A stretch of DNA of 64,000 bases from Phoronis australis (GCA_002633005.1 NMRA01000869.1:48815-112814); one strand, 5' to 3'. Counted from the stretch's first letter, positions 13,031-26,262 are shown. Numbers and translations are program-made. The notes: generated from the sequence alone by a model not told the origin.

Positions 13031-13156
13031 CTTCAATATGACCAGTTACTGTTCTTAATTACTCTAAAACCGTTGAGTTTATGCCATTCAAAACATCAAA
13101 AAGTCCAATGTCTGCGTCTGTGTTCTCCTTTGAATGTTTGTCAACGAATTACAAAC

Positions 13157-13393
13157 CTGCATAAGAAAGGAACCGCACCTTCAATCTCCACGACAAAAGA
13201 GAAAACATGATGAAGCAACTCTATAGGCATGTGACCCCACCATCCCTGTTCTTGGACACACAGACCTCTGGCTTGTTTTGCTGTCTTCTTTGACTCCGAA
13301 GGTGAGTGGCTGTCTACTTCATGAGGAACTTTTGATCTCAGCTGTCTTTTACGTTTGGCACAACTTTTCTTGACGATATGTCCTTCAGAACGA
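13157..13393 (-). CDS. FBXL6: FBXL6 coding exon 2 (basic region and first half of F-box)
   Basis: ttttag / gtttgt bounded, 237 nt; ...WWGHMPIELLHHVFSFVVEIEGAVPFLCR, matches FBXL6 WG..IPLEIL..IF..LV...G..PFL.R. Confidence 0.9.
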
Positions 13394-14556
13394 CTAAAAT
13401 CAAACAAACATGCAACAAGTGAACCGACTCTTACAAAGACAGTACTGAAAGTGAACTAGTTCAAGAGAGCAGTGGTGTAGTGTATACACAGGGTTTTTTT
13501 AAATGCCCAGCCATGTCCCAAAATGACATTTGCCTGGAACCCAATTTCTGGAAGAATGTTACAAACATATGAAATCACGGGCGGATCCCGGATTATAAGT
13601 TAGGGGGGCCAGGACACAGGAATAACCAGAATTTCAGCAGATGTGCGTGCCCAGCCTAAATTGAGGGGGTGCAGGGGTCTCGAATTTTGGGTTTGCGGAC
13701 TTGTTGACCCAGGAAAAAAACGTAAAGGGGGTTTGTTCAGGGTCTATGCATTGCTTATTTACCCCCCGAGCCCCCTTGGTTGCGCGTATGTGCTAGTCAG
13801 CCATTGGCATTCCAACTCCCAAGTGGTATCTGGTAGGATTTTAGGGGGCCATGGCCCCCTTGCCCTACCCCGAAATCCGCCACTGGACATGATTTCAATG
13901 CTAGGCCCAGTGTTCCATTTGTAAACAGTAAAAATGGTACTGGTTGGGGGATACGTATACTATCCAGTCAATCAACTTCAAATCTTGACCAATTACAAAT
14001 GTATGGGATGGTCTCAATTTTTGTGCTGCCTCAACGTGTTGGTATGTTGCAAGTTGTCTTGAAAGATAGCGAACCTGCCTCTGCAACATCGATTGTCACA
14101 TGACATGTCTTCTAGGATGTTTTAACATCCTAAAAGTACTAGCCAAGTCCCGTGTGGCATTTCATTGCCCACAAATTTGATAAGGGATTCAAGTTATTCC
14201 CAGTCATATCAAAACAATTGCTTGCTTAATAAAATTAATTTCCTTTCTACTGTTGACAGTTGAAAATTACAATTTTTAAAATGGCCACTTGTAACACTGA
14301 AAATGCATGAAATTCATAGACAAAAACATGCATAAATTTCTCAAACATTGTCCGATTTTGACAATTCTTTTTTTAATTTGCACAACAAAATAACTCTTTG
14401 CATATGAGATTCAGTTGGCATTTGGTAAGTGACCAAAAAAATTCATTTTAGACCGTAACACAGTCAACTCTCAAATATGGACCTTAATTGTGATTTAGCT
14501 GTTATGTCTTCAAATCAATCGTCAGGAAAAATCGAGAATGTTAAGAGTCGGGGCAA

Positions 14557-15052
14557 CAGGCCTTTATGCAGCGTGCGTCCTGGGCGTCCATTGGACGCCC
14601 TAGCATTAATCTGGACGTTCTGGCTAGGATGCCCAATGTATCATTTGGCCGCCCACTGTCAAAAGGAATATAGGATCCTTTCAAGTTTGGATTCACACAT
14701 TGTAATGAATACTAGAAAGCCTCTGAAGGCTCAGTGGGGGCTCTTTTTTCAAAGCAGGAAGAAATATACAATGTATATACAAAGTATATACAATGTTGCT
14801 ATGCTCACACTTGGTTGATAGCAATGTAAAATCTTCCTGGTCTACAGTTTTTTTAGTAAAAATGCTCACTACAGAAAGCTGTTGTGTAAGCTTAGTTGTA
14901 AAAACCTTGGTCTATGCATTTTTGTAAAAAAATCTGTGTGTTTGTGGGTATTGCTGGGGGTGGGGGGTTAAGCGTCGGAATCATGGACGCCCTGGAATAT
15001 TGGGAACCCCATTTTGGACACCCTATTTTTTGAAATCCTGTATAAAGGCCTG
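14557..15052. mobile_element. hAT-like MITE
   Basis: TIRs CAGGCCTTTATGCAG / CTGTATAAAGGCCTG; similar but imperfect flanks CGGGGCAA / CCGGGGGCAA. Confidence 0.65.
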
Positions 15053-15152
15053 CCGGGGGCAACCTCCAATCACACCAAGACAACACGTTATAAAAAGGTA
15101 GTGAGAGTACATCATGCTGTATAAAAGTACAGAGTACAACATCACAAATTAC

Positions 15153-15280
15153 CGTTCATCTTCAGGACAAAAGTCGTCATCAGAGCTGTCCGAGGGCCAT
15201 TCCTCTCCGTCCCTCACTTGGAATGAAAACAGGATCTGCTTTTTGGCATCTTGACGCACTCCCAGAATCCCTCTCTTCAT
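15153..15280 (-). CDS. FBXL6: FBXL6 first coding exon
   Basis: ATG at 15280 preceded by an acceptor at ~15296; MKRGILGVRQDAKKQILFSFQVRDGEEWPSDSSDDDFCPEDE, gtaatt donor, phase 2 joins in frame to exon 13393. Confidence 0.75.
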
Positions 15281-15798
15281 GACACACTCTTTTGTCTGTT
15301 ATGACAACAAGCAGGTCAATTATCTACCAGGCTTATTACAGACCACGTGTGAACACAGTCAAACTCAGAGTGAATTGGTGAATTCGTCAGGTGTCTGCTT
15401 CTGACATCTAGAAAGCTAATTGTGAATAGACACGCAGCCAAAATGTCAAGGTTGAAAGTTAACATGTTCATAACAGTAATAACATTGATACTTCTAAAGT
15501 TGTTGTAAGTCTATCCTCACGTACCCTCACTATGATAATGAAACTAATGCTTCTCAGTAGAACTAGAGGGCTAAAGCCCCCACAGTATTTAAAGCTTTGT
15601 GCCAAGGCTAGCTGGTCGGCTACCCCCTAAGGCCCTAAGCCATCGCAAATGCATTTCCAACAACGTGACTTTTAACAGGCCCTGATGATTAAATCAGGGT
15701 GGAACATAATATTCGTCGAAAAGCTTTCAGCGCACGGTGGTCACTGTCTAATCAATCAGCAACTTGACGAGACTGGCGAGTCTCTAAGCAATGACCTT

Positions 15799-18698
15799 CG
15801 CCTCTGCTGGCCCTAACAGTCAACTGAGTGATAGGGCCAGCGATGCCGCGATTGTCATTGCTCAGCGAGTCTCTCTGGCCACTGGACGACGGTGGGTCTA
15901 GACCAGTCGGCGATTAGAACAAATAGGTCACATTCCTAACACCGAATAAGGCTCCTGGGTGGCTAAACTTTCTAAAACGGCACACATTTAACGACCTTTA
16001 AAGATAAATTATTGACAATAAAACTCACGGCGTCGATGTCAACTGTCTCAACGTTGTCCGACAACTGCCAAGGATGAGTGCGAAATATGGGTCAACATTG
16101 TGACCCAATGACATATAAACAGCGGCGCCCTCAAGCGTTCGCTTTCTCGTTTATGTGTGGACCAATGTGCTAAATTGGTGTGGACAAAAGGTACATGAGT
16201 TAGACAAAAGGCTAACTTGTCTACAAGTACTTGACAATATCGTACGGGTATGTTGTTTTTTACGTCAAGATTGCTCAACAAAAACTCAAAAAATGGTGAA
16301 TTATTACTGTGTTTACTTAAGAGTTGTATTAGCATTCAAGCGTCTAATTAACCCTTAACCCAGGACAAAATTCCTATTGGTCTACGGTACAGGGTAATCA
16401 ATAACAAATTTATCTGTACTCGGGATGTGGTTTCCATTTATATAAGCAAAACTGTTCGCCATTTGAAAACCCGGTATCAACCTGCCTTCAGTCTTTTATA
16501 TAAATCACGTGACGCAAACAATGGCAACTTTGAAGAGGTACAAATCAAATTCTCAGAATAATAATCACTAACCGGATTATAGATCCTGAGACAAATTTCC
16601 AAATAAGCACGACAGACTGGTCAATGAGGGCATAAATAATTAAATTTAGCACACGCATAGTACGATAAGTGAAGGAGCGAAGATAGTGGATGCATACAGC
16701 AAGTCAATTCTGACCTTTAGGTAGTATGTAGCAATTCCGACTTAATTGTTTGACCGTGAACTTGAGTTTTTCAAAATTGATGCCCAAAACATTTATAAAA
16801 TCTTGCACTCTGACAGGTTTCTGCGCAACCTATCTAAGACAGGTGCGGAGGTTTGTCACGGGCCTGAATTGAGTATAGTATCTCTTAATCTTTCCTTTTT
16901 GGACAGCAGAAGTGAGCGTTGTCGTTGGCAGGTTAAAGGCGATGGCAACCTTTTTCCATGTCAGTTTGAGTTAAAATAAGGTTGTTTGGTTATCCTAGAC
17001 ATATTTTCCACTTAATTACACCTTTTCGTAATTCTATTAATTACTCGTCCGCTACTGCGGAAGTGATGTTTTAGGAGGCAAGCATTTCGCGCCAATTTCT
17101 TTTCATATAGTCTGACAGTGAGAGCTGCGGAGTCAGTCATTGTTCTACCTCGGTTGTGTTAAGTTCCGTCGTCGTTTGCTTTCATTTACTAGTCAGTCAA
17201 CATGCCACACTGTTGCTGGGTACCGGAATGTACTAATTAGTGGCTCGCNCGCCTCTGCTGGCCCTAACAGTCAACTGAGTGATAGGGCCAGCGATGCCGC
17301 GATTGTCATTGCTCAGCGAGTCTCTGGCCACTGGACGACGGTGGGTCTAGACCATTCGGCGATTAGAACAAATAGGTCACATTCCTAACACCGAATAAGG
17401 CTCCTGGGTGGCTAAACTTTCTAAAACGGCACACATTTAACGACCTTTAAAGATAAATTATTGACAATAAAACTCACGGCGTCGATGTCAACTGTCTCAA
17501 CGTTTTCCGACAACTGCCAAGGATGAGTGCGAAATATGGGTCAACATTGTGACCTAATGACACATAAACAGCGGCGCCCTCAAGCGTTCGCTTTCTCGTT
17601 TATGTGTGGACCAATGAGCTAAATTGGTGTGGACAAAAGGTACATGAGTTAGACAAAAGGCTAACTTGTCTACAAGTACTTGACAATATCGTACGGGTAT
17701 GTTGTTTTTTACGTCAAGATTGCTCAACAAAAACTCAAAAAATGGTGAATTAATACTGTGTTTACTTAAGAGTTGTATTAGCATTCAAGCGTCTAATTAA
17801 CCCTTAACCCAGGACAAAATTCCTATTGGTCTACGGTACAGGGTAATCAATAACAAATTTATCTGTGCTCGGGATGTGGTTCCAGTTACATTGTATATAA
17901 GCGAAACTGTTCGCCATTTGAAAACCCGGTATCAACCTGCCTTCAGTCTTTTGCATAAATCACGTGACGCAAACAATGGCAACTAAAGAGGTAAAAATCA
18001 AATTCTCAGAATAATAATCACTAACCGGATTATAGATCCTGAGACAAATTTCCAAATAAACACGACAGACTGGTCAATGAGGGCATAAATAATTAAATTT
18101 AGCACACGCACAGTACGATAAGTGAAGGAGCGAAGATAGTGGATTTTTTACACACTGATGTATACAGCAAGTCGTCAATTCTGACCATTAGGTAGTATGT
18201 AGCAATTCCGACTTCTTTCAATTGACCGTGAACTTGAGTTTTTCAAAATTGATGCCCAAAACATTTATAAAATCTTGCACTCTGACAGGTTTCTGCGCAA
18301 CCTATCTAAGACAAGTGCGGAGGTTTGTCACGGGCCTGAATTGAGTATAGTATCTCTTAATCTTTCCTTTTTGGACAGCAGAAGTGAGCTTTGTCGTTGG
18401 CAGGTTAAAGGCGAAGGCAACCTTTTTCCATGTCAGTTTGAGTTAAAATAAGGTTGGTTGGTTATCCTAGACATATTTTTCCACTTAATTACAGCTTTTC
18501 GTAATTCTATTAATTACTCGTCCGCTACTGCGGAAGTGATGTTTTAGGAGGCAAGCATTTCGCGCCAAATTCTTTTCATATAGTCTGACAGTGAGAGCTG
18601 CGGAGTCAGTCATTGTTCTACCGTCGTCGTTTGCTTTCATTTACTAGTCATTCAACATGCCACACTGTTGCTGGGTACCGGAATGTACTAATTAGCGG
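15799..18698. repeat. ~1.45-kb tandem duplication (15799-17248 / 17250-18698), probably uncollapsed alleles
   Basis: Near-identical copies with scattered SNPs/indels, joined at a single n (17249). Confidence 0.85.
16029..16515 (-). promoter_or_regulatory. Probable FBXL6 promoter / non-coding first exon (repeated at ~17478-17970)
   Basis: Minus-strand donor CC|GTGAGT at 16029/16028, YY1-like CAAATGGCG (~16455-16464), palindromic E-box TCACGTGA (~16505). Confidence 0.4.
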
Positions 18699-19524
18699 CT
18701 CACGCGCGCTTTGGGAGTACCTTTGCATCGCTTTCCGATGGATGACACACTTCGCCGTACTTGGCTCGTTCGCGTGAAGAACGCAGCGTTACCCGTCCAC
18801 GCAACGNNNNNNNNNNNNNNNNNNNNNNNNNNNNNNNNNNNNNNNNNNNNNNNNNNNNNNNNNNNNNNNNNNNNNNNNNNNNNNNNNNNNNNNNNNNNNN
18901 NNNNNNNNNNNNNNNNNNNNNNNNNNNNNNNNNNNNNNNNNNNNNNNNNNNNNNNNNNNNNNNNNNNNNNNNNNNNNNNNNNNNNNNNNNNNNNNNNNNN
19001 NNNNNNNNNNNNNNNNNNNNNNNNNNNNNNNNNNNNNNNNNNNNNNNNNNNNNNNNNNNNNNNNNNNNNNNNNNNNNNNNNNNNNNNNNNNNNNNNNNNN
19101 NNNNNNNNNNNNNNNNNNNNNNNNNNNNNNNNNNNNNNNNNNNNNNNNNNNNNNNNNNNNNNNNNNNNNNNNNNNNNNNNNNNNNNNNNNNNNNNNNNNN
19201 NNNNNNNNNNNNNNNNNNNNNNNNNNNNNNNNNNNNNNNNNNNNNNNNNNNNNNNNNNNNNNNNNNNNNNNNCCGATGGAAAGTGGTTGCGACAATTGTT
19301 GAAAAACAGCACAAAACAAAAGTAGAATAGAACAAATTCGCACGGTAAAGTCAACGCAAAACCAAGTGGCGGGAAACGCTGTCCTCCTAAAACGTCACTT
19401 CCGGAGTAGCGCACGAGTAATTAATAAAATTACGAAAAGCTGTAATTAAGTGGAAAATATGTCTATGATAACCAACCAACCTTATTTTAGCTCAAAATGA
19501 CATGGAAAAAGGTTGCCTTCGCCT
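18409..19524 (+). mobile_element. Kolobok-type DNA transposon (contains N-gap); left end also at 16937-17248
   Basis: TTAA on both sides (18405-18408, 19525-19528), AGG...CCT termini, ~160-bp imperfect TIRs, internal THAP ORF remnant. Confidence 0.8.
18657..18806 (+). pseudogene. THAP zinc-finger N-terminus of the transposon protein, with in-frame TAG
   Basis: MPHCCWVPECTN*RLTRALGVPLHRFPMDDTLRRTWLVRVKN: C-x-V-x-x-C, HRFP, W motifs of THAP; TAG at 18693-18695 also present in the 17202 copy; runs into gap. Confidence 0.8.
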
Positions 19525-19605
19525 TTAAGCGAATGCGATTACTCGGTGTCCAGATGTTAGACAATGATAGACGACACCCTCAGGCTTCTCAGGATCGCGC
19601 GTGCA

Positions 19606-19808
19606 TTCAGTAACGCTAGCCGAGGACCTACGCTACGACCTCACTAGCTAAAGTCTAGTTTTCTGGCGTGCGTTCCGCTATTACCTTCGCTAGGACTGAC
19701 CTGGTTAATAGTTATAGTCACGTGTTCTCAGTTAAAATAAACGACACTGTCTCCCGTAATCTCGCGAAGTGATATTGCTGTTTAGCGAGGTCCTCTAGCG
19801 ATACTGAA
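19606..19808. mobile_element. Short MITE-like family (related copies ~22326-22474, ~23632-23777, ~58808-58920)
   Basis: Inverted ends TTCAGTAACGCTAG / CTAGCGATACTGAA; shared core CACGTGTTCTCA.TTAAAATA.ACG.CA...TCTCGCGAAGT. Confidence 0.6.
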
Positions 19809-21849
19809 CGGGAGGAAGGCTATGCACATACGATTGAATCATGCTGAAACAATAAAAACATCCGTTGAGCTCTAACTAGCTGCTTTGATTCTGGCTTCTG
19901 GCCTCACAATGCGTTTTGACGTGTACTTGTGCAGTCTGTTTATCCACTGTGTCAGTTATTCATTGAATCAGTAATGTGAACTTGAGAATGGTTGATGGTG
20001 AATAAACCGAAACGTCAGATCAGTATGTTTCTATTTACTTACGCGCTAATTTTATAGTGAGCGGGAACCTTTGTGTATTGTGAAAGCCCTGGGGCTGTGC
20101 TCTTTTTTTCAACTATATCACAGAATAGATATCATGGCTTTTGTAATGTGTGTTATATTTGTCCACTGTTATCCTGTAACTCTTCTGAAGCCTAGGTCGA
20201 CGCTTGCTCGCTTAACACACTGTGCAAGGAGTTTCCAAATGTGCTCCAAACTTTTGACACCTGACAAATGCTACAAAGCGGTATATAATTCTAACTGTAC
20301 GAGGAAATCCTTGATGTATGTTGACAGGCCAAAACCGCGATTATTGTCATTTCTACTATAGTTGAGTAAATTGATGCCTCCTTGACTATGCAGACAGTTT
20401 CTTTACCCCGCAATCCTAGTTAGGATTGGTCATTATGTGCTACGAGTAATCTTACCGACATCCACAATTTGTCACCAACCAGGATAATTTTGTCGCTTTG
20501 TAGGCCTATATTGTCCAAATATTGTATTTCTTAATGACATCTAGTCCGTCCCGGTAATTTCCCCCGGTTGTGTTGAATGGGATCTCAAGACAGGCATACC
20601 CTTGCCGATTTGGGGTCTGAATTTGAGGATTCGATCCAAACGGGCTGTTTTTACACATTTATAGTACGTAGTCACCAATGTGGCCGGAAAGTGAAGGTTA
20701 CGGTTTCGTTTCCTCAGATATCGTCTATTTTGCGCTCGCGGATCCTCGGTAAACAAAATCATTGTTGGACCCGGTCACAACCAGTTTACAGGTGCTCGCC
20801 TTCCAACCTAGCATTCAGTTGCTGATGAAAAATAATGCGCTATTGCAGCACCTTTTGTTAAATCGTACCAACGTTCTGCGTAAGGTATTCCCAAAACTTC
20901 GAATTATTGCCGACGTTGGTTACCACTACCACAAGGTCAAGGAAGCAAACTCGGTTCTTGTATTTACCCCGATTCATTTCTAGACCTGCATTCACCGTAC
21001 ACAAAAGAAATCGTGGGACCTCCTCAGTTTCAGCAAAGGCCTTGTTTTTTTGTTTTGAAAAGTTGCATAAAGGCACACAGGCATGGTTTGAAACGCAATG
21101 ATTTGTGAAGGGATGTGAAAATAAACAACCCGCATCATTTTGCTCGTCTTGGGTATGTTTTCTTTTTTGAACCAAAATTTACCGCGGCACCGACTTGGTT
21201 TTCACAGAAGTAAACGGATCAGAACTAACTATGCTTTTTGCAATAACCGAGATTTCTTTTGTAAAACTGTACACGATAGGATCAACACTGAACGTGGCAA
21301 GAAATTTACATTAGCTCTCAGTTCGCTTCCCTGAGCCCGAGCACACGGAAACCACGTGTAAACATGGGTGGCGGGGCGGGCTCTCGCGCGCGAGTCAAAA
21401 TATTCTGATCTTCATTTTCACGTCTACTTGAACCTATTTGCTGGCTAGTCCATGCGGGTTCCTTTGGAGACCTCAAGCTTTGAGATAGTCTTGTCGTGAT
21501 CGGATTTTGTCAGTGAAGTGTGGCTGTATCGTTGGTATAAATACAATATGTGATTGAATTGCAATTGCTTGTCTTATTACTTATTTGTCACATCAGTGTT
21601 TCCTGAAACGAATTCTACGAAAACCATTGCCAAAGCTCTGGTCCCATTGAAAACTTAGTTCAGGAATGCTGCGAATGAGATAAATAATTATTTCTTATCC
21701 TCGCCAAACTCGTTCTCAGACTTGCGGCCTTGTTTTCACAGTTGAAATGAGCTGGACTCCCCGTGGTGTAAACAAGAAAATTCGGCCATGATTACCCGTA
21801 GAATGCGGCACAAGCCATTGAGTTGGCGCTCAATTTATCCTGTTGTCTA

Positions 21850-24448
21850 GACTGATCCCGTAAAACCTACATGTAGGTGCTAAATAAGGCTGCAACTTTG
21901 TATACATTCGGGATTGCTCACCGCATCGCGACGAAAATATTCCATTATTTAATCAGGTGTTTCGTATAATAGTTCTATTAACATTTTGCCATGACTGATT
22001 TGCAGACGAAACGAAAAACAGTGATGAATGCCTTAGTATCCGAAGACGTGTTATAGCCTCAAAACCATGGCACTTGGACCTGTTTATGGTCGTCGCATTC
22101 TTCCCCCTCAGTAAACATGCTGGTGCTGAGCTGGTACTGCTTTTGTAACATTTAATTGCATTCAGAATTGTGACTTGGCCTCATATTCCAAATCTACGTT
22201 AGTTTGGTGTAACAAGTTCCCTTACAATCCGTGTAAGAACGAGCCTCGTAGACGTCACATTTTGCGGCTCTTGTTTGGCCTACTTGGAAGTCACGCATTT
22301 CATCATAACTTATGACAACGAACGGGGTAGAGTTCAGTAACGCTGGAACCTACGCCAGGACCTCACTAAAATCTAGCCAAAATCACGTTTTCTCCTTTAA
22401 ATACACGGCAATATCTCACGTAATCTCACAATCGAAGTCTTGCTGTTTAGCGAAGGTTCTAACGTAACTGAACTCAGGTCGGTGCGGATAATCTGCTGTG
22501 GTCACGAATGTCACAAGTATTCGTGCTGGGGCGTGATTGGAGTGGTTTGACGTTGCAAGCTTAGACAAATGTGAGAACACCTGTCGAGAAAAATTGCGTA
22601 TGCCACTGCGGTAAAGATTTTACAACTGCTGAGTTCTCAAATATGTCTGATTGACGATTTTCTCGTAACCGCCCTTGGTTGGAATAAAACTGCTGTTTAA
22701 ACCTGCCTCACATTATGTAACACTATCGATCAATTTCGTCAATTTATGTGTAATTATAACAAATTCTGACTGATTCAAGTGCCATATCCACGGTACCTGT
22801 TTGCAGATGTTTTTACGCAACATAATGACGAAGTGAACTGAAATTGGACCTACTGATTAGACGTGACAGGCAACTTACAACACGCATACCGGGAGACCTA
22901 TTTTAGCCGAAAATAATGACGGTTTAGTGAAGTCATGGGCCGGGATTCAGGCTTTTGATGCTCTGGAGTGTAATTGCAAAATTTGGCCAAAATCCAATTT
23001 AGGGCAATGCATGAAGACAAGCACGGAACTGGTAGCGACATCTTGTATTGGGACATATTTCTTTTCTGATACTGTGACGTCTTCCCGTCAGTAGTCCAAG
23101 TGTTCTCCGTATATGGAAAGCCAAAGCGGAGAAAANGACTGATCCCGTAAAACCTACATGTAGAATTAGGTGCTAAATAAGGCTGCAACCTTGTGTATAT
23201 TCGGGATTGCTCACCGCATCGCGACAAAAAAAATTCCATTATTTATTCAGTGGTTTCATATAATAGTTCTAGTCAACCAATATTAACATTTTGCCATGAC
23301 TGATTTGCAGACGAAACGAAAAACAATGATGAATGCCTTAGTATCCGAAGACGCGGTATAGCCTCAAAACCATGGCACTCTAGTTCGACCTGTTTATGGT
23401 CGTCGCATTCTTCACCCGCAGTAAACATGCTGGTGCTGAGCTGGTACTGATTTTGTAACATTGAATTGCATTCAGGATTGTGACTTGGCCTCATATTCCA
23501 AATCTACGATAGTTTGGTGTAACAAGTTCCCTTTCAATCCGTGTAAGAACGAGCCTTGTAGACGTCACATTTTGCGGCTCTTGTTTGGCCTACTGGAAGT
23601 CACGCATTTCATCATAACAACGAACGGGGTAGAGTTCAGTAACGCTGGGACCTACGCCAGGACCTCACCAAAATCTAGCCAAAATCACTTTTTCTCCTTT
23701 AAATACACGACAATGTCTCACGTAATCTCACGAAGTCTTGCTTTTTAGCTTTTTAGGTTCTAACGTAACAGAACTCAGGTCGGTGCGGATAATCTGCTGC
23801 GGTCACGAATGTCACAAGTATTCGTGCTGGGGCGTGATGGGAGTGGTTTGACATTGCAAGCTTAGATAAATGTGAGAACACCTGTCGAGAAAAATTGCGT
23901 ATGCCACTGCGGTAAAGATTTTACAACTGCTGAGTTCTCAGATTTGTCTGATTGACGATTTTCTCGTAACCGCCCTTGGTTGGAATAAAACTGCTGTTGA
24001 AACCTGCCTCTCATTATGTAACACTATCGATCAATTTCGTCAATTTATGTGTAATTATAACAAATTTGAATGTCTTCTGACTGATTCAAGTGCCATATCC
24101 ACGGTACCTGTTTGCAAATGTTTTTACGCAACATAATGACGAAGTGAACTGAAATTGGACCTATACTGTATAGACGTGACAGGCAACTGACAACACGCAT
24201 ACCGGGAGACCTATTTTAGCCGAAAATAATGACGGTTTAATGAAGTCATGGGCCGGGATTCACGCTTTTGATGCTCTGCAGTGTAATTGCAAAATTTGGC
24301 AAAAATCCAATTTAGGGTAATGCATGAAGGCAATCACCGAACTGGTAGCGACATCTTGCATTGGGACATATCTCTTTTCTGATACTGTGACGTCTTCCCG
24401 TCAGTAGTCCAAGTGTTCTCCGTATATGGAAAGCCAAAGCGGAGAAAA
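21850..24448. repeat. ~1.3-kb tandem duplication (21850-23135 / 23137-24448), probably uncollapsed alleles
   Basis: Near-identical copies joined at single n (23136). Confidence 0.85.
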
Positions 24449-25157
24449 TCCAGGACGCACTTGCTGTCTTTGCAAGATTTAAAAACAGGTCAGAAACATT
24501 ATTTTTACTCTGCAGAACCAAAAATACCTCAAAACCAGAATTGTCATTTATGTCAGAATTAAAAACAGCTCACTAGAAAAGATTATTTTCACTCTGCAGG
24601 ACCAGAATTTATCATGTCAGGACGTATCTTTATCACATCAAGACAAACAATTTATCTCCTCAAAACCAAATTTAACACACGGGGACCGAAACTTTATCAC
24701 GCCCAAAATTTTCATGCCAGGAAACCACGTGACTATGCACAAAAATTTATCCTTCGAAGAGGTAACATCGGTTCTGTGTAGACAGAGGCCAAGAGTTCAC
24801 GTGTGAATTTCTTTTGTCTCTTCCTCGTTTTACAAGAGAAGCCAATGTACATTTGGCCTTTCAGATATTACACGCAGACTGGAATACGACTGAGTGTTAT
24901 AGAGACACAGGGGATTTTCATTACGGATTGTCATTGTCGGATAGTGGATGGTCACGTGGTCTCATGGCATGAACAATTTCTGTCTTGCGTTATAAATTTC
25001 CTGTCCTGACGCGTTAAATTTTGGTCCCGACTTGACAAATCATAGGTCCTGGCGTTATAAATTTCAGTTTTGAGGCAGTTGTTTGGTCCTCCAGAGATTT
25101 TAACTCCGGATTAGAAAAATAAGTGTCGTGGCTGTTTTCCCTTTTGGTTTTCCATAG
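24424..25157. mobile_element. Foldback/MITE-like element with long degenerate inverted arms
   Basis: TATGGAAAGCCAAAGCGGAGAAA vs TTTTCCCTTTTGGTTTCCATA; internal TTCATGCCAGGAAACCACGTGAC vs GTCACGTGGTCTCATGGCATGAA. Confidence 0.55.
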
Positions 25158-25252
25158 TTCACAATACAGCCCGTCCCGCTCCTTTCAGCTACACACGAGT
25201 GCGGGTCACAGTAGTCTCCAAAACCTGGCGGAGTACGTACCTAAGTCTGAGG

Positions 25253-25429
25253 ATGTCAAGAACTGTCACAGTTTGGTGGATTCGGCTAACATTTGTGCTG
25301 TTGGGTCTTGTTGTCGTCACCGTCAGCCTACCTCATGGGCGTTCCAAAAGCAATAGAGAAACGGATATTGAACTTTTTGAAAGATTGAACAAGGCCCTGG
25401 AGGGTTTGGGTCATATGAAGCCGCAGGAG
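25253..25429 (+). CDS. First coding exon of an unidentified secreted or type II membrane protein
   Basis: AGGATGT start; MSRTVTVWWIRLTFVLLGLVVVTVS-LPHGRSKSNRETDIELFERLNKALEGLGHMKPQE; n/h/c signal-peptide pattern; strong donor GAG|GTATGT. Confidence 0.6.
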
Positions 25430-26262
25430 GTATGTGCAGTAGCGCATTAATTCATTTCCAACTGAATCAGAATCAAAAATGTCTATTGTATGTAGGCTTT
25501 GGCCTCATGATACAGTTTAATTACAACTTTACAATGATAACATTTCAGCTCTTAACAGTGTTGCTCTTGAAATATATAGCGCCAGTATTTTTTGTTTGAA
25601 CCAAAATTATGTCTTTGAAATAACCAACTTCTCTGGCTTCATCTGTCATATTCGCCATTCTGTGTACTGTGCATGTACATAACCAAAGACTACGCAAAGG
25701 CACGTCAAATGAACCTCGTTTTCAACTTGACTAGTATTGCATATTGCACACAGTCTCTCAACCTCGGTTAGACCTCCGTGCCAGCCAGAGCCTGTTAATG
25801 TAAACTTGTGCATTGAGCACCCAAAACGAGCTAGTATTTTTCTTCAGTAGGGTCTATAAGTACAGTATGTATAAGTATTTTGTCACTGTAGTTCCGTTTT
25901 GATAGTGCAATATAATTGATATTTAGTCTAATTACTAATTACAAAGTGACAAGTTTGTACGCTACATTCCACTGAATGTGAACAATGCCCAAACTATACT
26001 AATAATTGAAGCTAAATCATAAAAAACCCAAGAATAACCATCGCATATTTTTCAAAATGAATTTCCTTTACGCGGTGGTGTTACCGTGACGACACAGACA
26101 CGCTAAATATAAAAGAGTACTACTACTGAATTGTGTCAGTTACTGGGCTACTGGCCGACAAAGACTCAAATCGGACAATGCGATCGAGGTCACCTCATTG
26201 GATGAGAATAATCGATCATTGATGAAATAACTGCGTTATTGGAAGTGCAAGATGAAGAACTG

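Noticed and set aside
18693-18695. Stop-codon readthrough or recoding in the THAP ORF
   Set aside because: A nonsense mutation in a short non-autonomous transposon is sufficient; no recoding signal seen.
15799-18698. True duplication of the FBXL6 promoter
   Set aside because: Junction is a single n, as in the other duplications; allelic overlap is the simpler explanation.
18807-19272. Long ORFs across N runs (also 57380-57753)
   Set aside because: Assembly gaps translated as X.
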